Made by a program: the position numbers and the translations under genes
The notes under the pieces: generated by a model
The model's input: the letters and a program-made list of their open reading frames with translations, nothing else
What the model was told of the DNA's origin: nothing
The model's database searches: none
Origin: Azolla caroliniana
Lineage: Eukaryota; Plantae; Polypodiophyta
Length of the DNA: 64,000 nt
Reading direction: 5' to 3'
Assembly (NCBI GenBank): GCA_043228905.1
Contig: JBHGNT010000009.1
Coordinates: forward strand, 16,740,001-16,804,000
Shown: piece by piece, positions 38,671 to 47,400 of the stretch
Numbering within the stretch: the first letter of the stretch is position 1
Layout of the letters: each line of letters begins with the position of its first letter

Positions 38671-38682
38671 TGGTATCGGAGC
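38671..38682 (+). promoter_or_regulatory. PBS (tRNA-iMet) of element I
   Basis: TGGTATCGGAGC, one mismatch to TGGTATCAGAGC. Confidence 0.88.
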
Positions 38683-38697
38683 GAAACAACACAAAAA

Positions 38698-39314
38698 ATG
38701 GACGAATCGTTTGGCGGCATGTTCAAGCTCACCGGCTCCAACTATTCGGTATGGAAGTCGAAGATGAGGGACATGCTCATGGTTTAAGATCTTTGGTTGT
38801 TGGTTTAGTTTGGGGACAAGAGACCGGACAAAATCGATGCCACGATATGGGAGGTGATGCACATGAAGACAACGGCTTACATTCAATGCTTCATCGACAT
38901 GAGCCTATACAACAACTTCAATGAAGAGAGCAAGGCTCATGAGCTCTGGGAGAAGATCGTCATTATGTTTCAAAACAAAAATGTTGTTAATCAGGTTTCG
39001 GTGTTCCGGAAGCTAGTAAGACTCCGGTACCAAGATGGCTCCAGCATGGCGGAGCACATGAATGCCTTCCAGGGCTGATCCACCAGGCAACTTCATTGGA
39101 AGTACCTCTCTCCGATGAGGTACTTGCACTACTCCTGCTTGGTTCCCTCCCGGATAGTTGGGAGACGTTGGTTGTCACTTTGGGCAACGTCAGGCTGGAA
39201 AGAAAGCGGTTATCCCTAGCAAGAGTAAAGTCGATCTTGCTAGATGAGGAGGCATGTCGGAAAGACAAAGATACGAGCTCCGACTCCAAAGCGCTCCTTA
39301 CCGAATCGGAACGC
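38698..39314 (+). pseudogene. gag: Copia gag of element I, N-terminal part
   Basis: MDESFGGMFKLTGSNYSVWKSKMRDML...ALLLLGSLPDSWETLV; contains stops. Confidence 0.88.
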
Positions 39315-40019
39315 TGTCGTGAAGAAAACCGCCCACAAGAGGAATCGGAGGAACAAGGCGTGGGAAACGGCTCTACACACACACGCGCGCCAAGAAGTAC
39401 CTAAGGACGAAGTAGGTACATACGAGGATCCTAGGTGGGTAGATTCGGTTAATGCCAAACGGCCTCTTGACGGGCTATAAAAGGAAGAGGAAGAATAGAA
39501 GTGGGGGATCTCCCGCGGAGAGGACGAAGTGCTGCCGAACCGATTTCGGAGCTTCTCTCTCACTCCTGCTCTCTCTGTCTTCTGCTCCATCGCGTACCTG
39601 TGCAGGTTTCGAGGAGGCTCGCGCTGTTCCGTGGAACGCCCCGAGTGCGTCCTGCAGCACCTCCGACCTGTTTTCCCTTTCTGTGCGTCGCGACATACGG
39701 GGGTCGGCAGCTGTTCGCCGCCCTGTTCGTTTCGTTAGTATCTATTTTGTGCCCCACCGTGGGTTGTAATACTTTAGTCTGTTATTTTCTTGCATTCGTA
39801 AGTACATATCTCTCGTTGTTGCGTCCATCTGCGTCGGCGTTTATTTGTGATCTCTGTTTGTTGGGCCGTGTCCCTGTGCAATCGTCGGTTCTGCGCAATC
39901 GGATCTTCGGTTCTGTGTAATCGGGTCTCTCTCTCTTACTCCTCTCTCTCTTGCTCTTCGGTTCGAGACCCCCGTGGTCCCTCCTCCTTTCTACACGCAA
40001 GGGCGTAGAAACCCCGACA
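39315..40019 (+). repeat. 5' LTR of element G
   Basis: TGTCG...CGACA; CTATAAAA at ~39475; direct repeat of 54454-55158. Confidence 0.97.
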
Positions 40020-40022
40020 TCT

Positions 40023-40040
40023 TGGTGAACCCGACGTGAA
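40023..40040 (+). promoter_or_regulatory. PBS complementary to tRNA-Trp
   Basis: TGGTGAACCCGACGTGAA. Confidence 0.88.
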
Positions 40041-40062
40041 AGAGGCGGCAAAAGAGTAGGAA

Positions 40063-42189
40063 ATGAAGGGGGCGGATCTTGCAGAGGCCATGGCTTCGGC
40101 CGTGGATCGGATAGTAAGCGCGCGCGAGGGCACCGGCGCCCTCGATAGAGCTATTGAGGCGGTCGTCGGAACGATCGGTCGATTCACCGGAAAAGATGCC
40201 ACGAAGTACCTAGCGTCCTACGGTGCGGAAATGTTAATGCGGGACATTCCGGAAGACAGGCGTCTGGCCGGTTTTCCCCGAGTGGCGATGCCGAGCATCC
40301 ACGCGGAGGTGCTCGAGGTGCGGGCGGAGAGCCGTACCTGGGAGGAGTTCGAAGGTCGGCTCCTGGAAAAATACGGACTGGACGACGCGCTCCGGCTTTC
40401 GAAGCGAAGCTTCATGGAGTGGGTGGAGTCTCCCGGGAAGGGAAGGAATGCGTCGGCACTCCTCCGGGAGTTCGAGGAGAACTTCGCGCGCCTTTCGGCG
40501 CTTGACAGGATGGTCCTGGATACAAGCCGGGTCCTGCTGTTCGTCAAATCGGTTGACGAGAGGGATCGGGGTCACGTGGGCGCCCTGCTAGAAACCGAAG
40601 ATGGGCTGACAACCGACTGGGCGGCGGTCAAGAGAGCCTGCGGCCGTTTCGACAAACGGCGAGAATGGGAGGATGACAGAGCAACCGGGTCGGGCTCAGT
40701 CGCGGCGAGGAAACTCGAGCCGGCGCAGCCGGTGCGAAGGGAAGAGACTCGGGAGTGGCTGGAACCTGGTTCGGCTCCGACCGGCGTGATCGGAGGCTCG
40801 ACTGGGGGAGCTGCGTTGGAGGAACTGACGAGGGCGATAAAAGACCTCCAAATCGCACAAGCCCGCAGAGAAGGCGGAGGACCTGCTCGTGACCGACGGC
40901 CGGCGGCAGGGAACAGGTGCATGTGGTGCGACGGGGTCGGCCACATCCGAAAAGACTGCGGCGATTTCGCAGAGGCGCTGAGGAACCGGGTGGTGTACCT
41001 ATGGGAAGGCCGGGTTCACGCCAACGACACGAGAAGGGCCCTAAACCGAAACGACGGGCGAGGCGGAATGAAGAGGTTGATGGAAGAGGCGGCGGCCCGA
41101 CATGCGGAAACCGTCCACTACTCGGCGTCGGCCGGCATTCGAGTCGGGGGCGGCGAGGCCCGAAAGGAAAGCAAAGCCGGATTCTGGCCGACGATGCTAG
41201 AAGGCCTTGCCGGTGCAGGGCTTAAAAGGGAGGAATCGGACCGTGCGGAGAAACGGGTGCGGGAGATGACCGGGTGGAGCGACCCGGTCGAGGAAAAGAC
41301 GGGCTTCGTGGAAGCCGCTTGCCGGAACTACGAGGCTCTGGTAGAAGAGAAGCGGGTGGGGAAACCCGGGACGACCGGGCCCTCACAACGATACGAGACC
41401 CGGTCCGGGCCACGACGGGACGAAGCCGGCGGGGCCGGTACGCAAGGTAAACCCCAGAAGGGCGGATACCGTCTGGGGACGGAGATAGAAAGAACCACGG
41501 ACTTACGGAAGGTCCTGGAGGAACGGATCCTCGACAGCAAGGTGGAGCTGTCGCTACGGGAGGTGCTGGGAATCGCCAAGAAGGAGTTCCACGACTCCAT
41601 CGTGGACTTGGTGAAACGGAAGAGGCTGTCAACCGAGGCAGAACCGGAAAGTCCGGTGGAAGTGCGGACGACGCACCTGGACGACATGGCGCTGGAAGAC
41701 GAGTGGGCGGAGAGCCACTATTCGCGGCCACACTGGGCCCGAGCGACCACGGAAACCCCGGTAAAGATCGGCGATGTCCAGGAACCGGTAGTAGCTTTGG
41801 TGGACCACGGATCGGAAATCAACCTGATGTCCATGGACTTCTATAAGAAGGGCAAATGGCCGATCAACACCAAGCACGGGTGGAAGATAAGGGCGGCGAC
41901 GCGCGCCACCGAGGAACTTCACGGGGCCTGCCCGAATGTACGGGTCAAGATCGGCGATGTCGAGATAGACCAGCACTTCTTCGTGCAGGAGTCGTCATCG
42001 CACCCCGTCATACTGGGAGAGCCGTACATCACGGCGGCTCGAATGGAGACCAAGGTGCTGGACAACGGTTCGGCCTATGCGCGGGTCAAGAGCCAGGACG
42101 GGCGCCATTCGGTCCAGTTTTTGACGGTTAGGCCGAACCACGAGCGTAACCGCGACTCCCTCGGTTCCGATAACCGAGAGGATTTTTAG
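40063..42189 (+). CDS. gag: Gag-protease polyprotein of element G, 708 aa
   Basis: Uninterrupted ORF with CMWCDGVGHIRKDC knuckle, DLRKVLEERILDSKVELSLREVLGIAKKEFHD (DUF4100-like, from memory) and protease LVDHGSEINLM. Confidence 0.93.
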   Translation: MKGADLAEAMASAVDRIVSAREGTGALDRAIEAVVGTIGRFTGKDATKYLASYGAEMLMRDIPEDRRLAGFPRVAMPSIHAEVLEVRAESRTWEEFEGRLLEKYGLDDALRLSKRSFMEWVESPGKGRNASALLREFEENFARLSALDRMVLDTSRVLLFVKSVDERDRGHVGALLETEDGLTTDWAAVKRACGRFDKRREWEDDRATGSGSVAARKLEPAQPVRREETREWLEPGSAPTGVIGGSTGGAALEELTRAIKDLQIAQARREGGGPARDRRPAAGNRCMWCDGVGHIRKDCGDFAEALRNRVVYLWEGRVHANDTRRALNRNDGRGGMKRLMEEAAARHAETVHYSASAGIRVGGGEARKESKAGFWPTMLEGLAGAGLKREESDRAEKRVREMTGWSDPVEEKTGFVEAACRNYEALVEEKRVGKPGTTGPSQRYETRSGPRRDEAGGAGTQGKPQKGGYRLGTEIERTTDLRKVLEERILDSKVELSLREVLGIAKKEFHDSIVDLVKRKRLSTEAEPESPVEVRTTHLDDMALEDEWAESHYSRPHWARATTETPVKIGDVQEPVVALVDHGSEINLMSMDFYKKGKWPINTKHGWKIRAATRATEELHGACPNVRVKIGDVEIDQHFFVQESSSHPVILGEPYITAARMETKVLDNGSAYARVKSQDGRHSVQFLTVRPNHERNRDSLGSDNREDF

Positions 42190-42247
42190 AGAGGGCTGCC
42201 AAGGCGTGGGGCCGCGACAGTCCGGACACCCCGGGAAAACCCCACAC
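42180..42247 (+). promoter_or_regulatory. Predicted -1 ribosomal frameshift signal: GGAUUUU plus H-type pseudoknot
   Basis: Conserved in E (23486-23548) and F (minus strand, ~36259-36326). pol is in the -1 frame and open from this site. Confidence 0.8.
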
Positions 42248-44032
42248 CTGTACGATAAAACCGAAGAAACCTTGTACCATAGGTAGGGAATTTTTGTTCT
42301 CCGACAGCGGAGCGTGTACGATGGTCGGCATCGGCGGCCGAGAGAAGACAAAGGCGGAGGGGAGGCTTCGAGCGTGCGGAGTTCTCGGCCCGGACGAGGA
42401 AATCAACGGAGTCGTGGAGGCGGTCTCATTCGACGACACCTTGGGAATGCTGGGAAAAGTAGTCGAAGCAGGCCTTAACGAAGACCGGACGATACCGGTG
42501 TGTTCCGAGGAGATGTACGAAGTCATCGCGGACTTCGGTCGAGGGCTCGAGTCAGTTCGGACGGCCCACGTAAGCACCAAGTACAAGACTGTGGACCGGA
42601 AGGTAAGGCCGGTCGCGGCACCCTTACCGGAGGACAGCGCGTCGAGAATCAAAGGGGTTGCATCGGACCCTAGTCTACGAGATCCGGCCTGCATAGGGCA
42701 TACCTTCACCGACGAGACGCTCCGAGAGCTCAAAATCGGTGGGGGCGGGTTCCTACTGCCGGCGGAGGAAGACCGGTTTCGGAGAATGCTCGGAAGGCAC
42801 GGGAGAGCCTTCGCATTCTCGCCGGAGGAAATCGGGTGCGTTGACCCGACGATCGTGGAGCCGATGGTGATATTCACGGTACCGCATGTACCATGGAATC
42901 TCAAGCCAATACCGGTTCCGAGAGCTCACATCCCGAAGTTGATGGAGCTGCTGAGGCAGAAAGTTGATATGGGAATTCTCGAGCCGTCGAGCGCCCCATA
43001 TTCGAATCGATGGTTTACCGTACCGAAGAAAAACGGTTCGTTGCGTTTCATCCAGGACCTGCAGCCGGTCAATCGAGTGACCATTCGGAACGCTGGGATC
43101 GGACCGACCATAGACGAGTTCGCGGAGGCCTTCGCCGGAAGGTCAATTTACTCGGTCGGGGATCTATACTCAGGGTACGACCAGTTCCAGCTAGCCGTGG
43201 AGAGCAGAGACATTACGACGATGCGAACTCCCCTCGGCCTAGTTCGGATGTGTACACTGCCGCAAGGAGGGACCAACTCGGTGGCCCACATGGTGAATGC
43301 GATGAACAAGGTTCTGAGGGACTGTATCCCGGACATCACCATGCCGTTTCTGGACGACATCCCGATCAAGGGATGCCCGGTGGAAGAAAAGGACGAGACG
43401 ATCGGGCCGGACGGATGCCGGCGATTCGTGGCGACGCACATCGACGACTGCGAGAAGGTACTGCAAAGGCTAGAGGAAGCGAGACTCACCTTCTCCGGGG
43501 AGAAGTCGGCCTTCGGGCAGTCAGAAATCATGGTGGTCGGACACCTGTGCGGACCATATGGCCGGAAACCGTCTCCGGCAAAGGTAGAAGCCATCTCCGC
43601 GATGAAGCCCGACTGCAGCTCGGTCACGGAAGTACGGAGATTCCTGGGGGCATGCGCGTTCTACCACATATGGATCCCGCATTACGCACACGTCGCGGAG
43701 CCACTGTACGGGTTGCTGAAAAAGGGGCGAAGGTTCGAATGGCTAGACGAGCACGCGGAATCGGTCCGGGAGCTGAAAGAGGCCCTTGCAGCGGCACCGG
43801 CACTCCGTAAGGCGGTATACGGGAAGGGTACCCCGGTATTCATAACAGTGGATACCAGTCCGACCGGGATCGGATGGGTCGTGAACCAGGAAGACGAGGA
43901 CGGCAATCGGTTTCCGATCCGATTCGGCGCGAAAGTCCTCAGTGAACGGCAGCGAGGATACGCCCAGGTTAAACGCGAACTCTGGGGTATTGTTTCGGCG
44001 GTTAAGGCCGACAAAGACTACCTGATAGGGAC
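42180..44032 (+). CDS. pol: Pol of element G, 5' part (RT and N-terminal RNase H), interrupted by H
   Basis: PYSNRWFTVPKKNGSLRFIQDLQPVN, PFLDD and ITVDTS. It ends at YLIGT, where H begins. Confidence 0.92.
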
Positions 44033-44403
44033 TGTTGGCCGGTCAGAGAAGGCAAATGGGAAAGCAAGGTCGGATCGGATAAATATAGAAATAGGAATAG
44101 AATTATTAGGAGGGACGGATCCGGTAGTTGTAACCGATCCGGATCCGAACCGATTCGGTTTCGGTTAACGGTTGCTTACCGAGCACCGATTGTAATCTGG
44201 CCGGATGCCTATAAAAGGATCCGATGTTTTGTAATGAAAGCGCGAAGAATTAATATAGTTTTGCTTATGCTGATTAATCTTGTCTTCGTCTGTGCTTAAG
44301 TGTAATTATCATACGCGTGTATTAACATCCTATCCCTACCACCCCTTTGGAGAAGTGTCGGATAGACACCTGTGTTGCGGCTAGTCCAGCCATACATACA
44401 ACA
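44033..44403 (+). repeat. 5' LTR of element H
   Basis: TGTTG...CAACA; CTATAAAA at ~44209. Confidence 0.97.
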
Positions 44404-44409
44404 CTATTT

Positions 44410-44419
44410 TGGCGACCAC
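44410..44419 (+). promoter_or_regulatory. PBS, probably tRNA-Arg
   Basis: TGGCGACCAC, 6 nt after the LTR. J has TGGTGACCAC at the same place. The tRNA identity is from memory of plant tRNA-Arg ends (...GUGGUCGCCA). Confidence 0.65.
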
Positions 44420-44455
44420 GATTCCTGCAGAGTGCAGAGGACAACCGGGGGATGG

Positions 44456-47400
44456 ATGTCTAGACAAAATAACGACCACATCACCGAAAGAGGGAGACGC
44501 CACGCCGAACGGCAGCGACGACGGGAAGCCCCGCAGCAAGCCGTCGACGAGATCCGGAGCGATCGGTCATTCTCAACAACGCTTCGGCAAATCGCAGAAA
44601 ACGCACTGCAGTTCCAGGTTCTACAAGCTTCCGACGAAGGCAGTAGCATAACCAGCCTCCAAGAAGCGGAGACACTACTACAGACTCTCGCTGGCGGCGA
44701 CGGGGACGCAGCGGCATTTGCAACATTAGAGGCGGATTCGGATAGCGGGGAAAGCGTGGGATCCCGCTATAAAAGCAGCCACGGGAACAACCCCTTTGAG
44801 TCGGATCACTCAGCAACATCGGAGCCAGAGGAGGAACTAACTCTGGAGTTCGGTGACCGGCAATCGCCGAGGAGGGAGGAGCGGATACCAACACCACCCG
44901 CGGAGGAACCGCAGGAGCGGTTATCAACACCACCCGCGGAGGAACCGCAGGAGCGGATATCAACACCACCCGCGGAGGAACCGCAGGAGCGGATACCAAC
45001 AGCACCCGCGGAGGAACCGCAGGAGCGGATACCAACACCACCTGCGGAGGAACCGCAGGAGCGGAGACCGACATCGGAGGAACCAGCGCAGGAGAATCAG
45101 TGGGACGACACGATGCCGTATCCGTACCCAAAGTATCGGGATGAGCCCGACGGAGAGGCACATGTGTATGCATTCCTGCGAACATGGGAAGCCAACCACG
45201 TGTCCCAGAGACTGACGGAGGCCGAGGCCGACCGATCCAAAGTCGCCGAATTCGGCATGACATTAGAAGGACCGGCGGCCCGGTGGCACGACAAGCACTT
45301 ACCAGGCAGCTTCGCCACGTTCGAGGCATTGAAAACCCAGTTTTTACGCTTGTTTCATAGACGAGTGGAACAAAGGGAATTGGTCGGACAATTCTACACC
45401 ACTCGGCAGGGAGAAAACGAGACGGTCCCACAATTTATCATTCGTTTCCAGACCTTGCACAGTCAATTAGCAAGAGCACCACCCGAAGAGGAGGCCAAGG
45501 CAGTCTTTTTGGCTGCGTTAAAAGACCCACTTCGAGCGATGTGTGGAATCATCGATTTCAGCACCAGCACAATGGACCAAGTCATTGATCGGGTCCTGGA
45601 AATGGACAACACGAGCCCCTTCTTGCCGATGGGGGCGTTACACCAGGCGCTTCCGAAGGAGGAGGACCTCCGGTTCCGACAAGCCCTACAATGCACAACA
45701 TGCCTAAATTCGGGGCACTCGACCGTTGACTGCACCCTGCGCGCACAGTGCATGATATGCAATTCTCGCGCCCACACAACGAACCAATGCGAGTATAACC
45801 TGTTAACTCGACAAGCGGCACCGGTCCGACACATAGAACCGCGCAATCGGGACCCGGAAGAGGATCGATTCCGGAGGGACGACCGCTACCGACGAGAACG
45901 CGGCGACAGATACCCCGATAGAAGACGCGACAGCTATGACCGAGAGGAGAACCGAAGGGATAGCTACCCCCGGGACCGGTACGACCGAGAGGAGAACCGA
46001 AGGGATAGCTACCCCCGGGACCGGTATGACCGAGACGAATCCCCGGAATATGAGCGACGCAGAGAAGAAAGGCGGCCAGGGAACCGGAATTTCCGACGGA
46101 ACCAAAGGCGTGGATTCTTCCGTAGAGAGGAGCGTCGGGAGGCAACAAGGAATGACAAACCAGTCGCGGCACCGGAGAACCGAAAAACCGAGGACAACCG
46201 CCGGGGAATGCCCCTTCCCCGAACATGGGAAAAAGGAGAATCCAGCAACACGCACAGGGTGTACTGTTATTACTGCCGAAAAGAAGGGCATTACAGTAAT
46301 CAATGCCCAAGCAAAACAGCCGACAAGCAGCCAGCAGTCAACATGGTGACAGCCGAAGTACAGCAGGTTACCACGCGGTCGAAGGGGAAAGCCGCCGAAT
46401 GGGAAGCCCAGGAAGCAATCAGAAAACAAGCGGCACAATGGATCAAAGAAGCCAACGAACAAGGTGCGGCGGAAGTAAGAAACCAAAATATGCCAAGGGA
46501 GGAGGAAATCGTACAGCCAGGAGAAAACCCGACATGGCAAGCACTACAAGATTGTCAGATCGTGCTGCCGTTGGCACGGTTACTACAGTTGGTGCCGCGG
46601 TTCACAGCAGACTTACAAGCCGCCGTGAGCAAACCGACGCCGACGCCGGCACCGGCATTTTTCTCCAACCCGGAGGAAGGCCCAGCGGTGGTTGATACAA
46701 GTAGCCCAGCAATCACGACAATCGTCAAAGGAAAGGAGATTCCAGGAACAATTATTGACGGAGGCTCCGGGGTGAACGTCATTAGTCGACAGACATGCGA
46801 CGACCTTGCCGACTTTGCGACACCATTGCACGCTGCTGTACATAGAGTACCTTTCCAATGGACAGAAACGGAGGAGGCAGCCTACCAAGCGTTGCAGGTC
46901 ATGCTGTCACAAGCTCCGGTGGTGCAGCCGCCGGACTGGAGTAAAAGCTTTCACGTCTTCGTCGACGCGTCGGACGTAGCAATCGGCAGCGTTTTGATGC
47001 AACTCACGGAACCGAAATGGTATCGGCCGGTGTACTACGCAAGCAGGAAACTCTCGAAAGCCGAACGGAACTACTCTACAACGGAACGAGAGGCATTAGG
47101 AATGGTGTACAGCGTCACAAAGTACAGGCACTATCTGCTCGGACGAAAGTTCTCATTCCACGTTGACCACTCGGCGCTACTCTACCTGGTGTCAAAGGCA
47201 GCCCTGACAGGAAAACTCGCACGGTGGACGCTGCTATTACAGGAATTCGAATTCGACATTTTCCACCGACCCGGGGTGCAGCATGCGGTAGCAGACTACC
47301 TGAGCAGACTAGAATCCGGAGAATCAGGGGACGGCGTACAGGACGAATTTCCCGACGCCGAGCTGTTTAAGGTCACGACGGCACCGGCAACGGAAACCAC

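Noticed and set aside
41222-46540. Many overlapping antisense and alternate-frame ORFs of 100-316 aa
   Set aside because: Expected shadows of GC-rich, repeat-containing coding sequence; no motifs and not conserved between E, F and G or between H and J.
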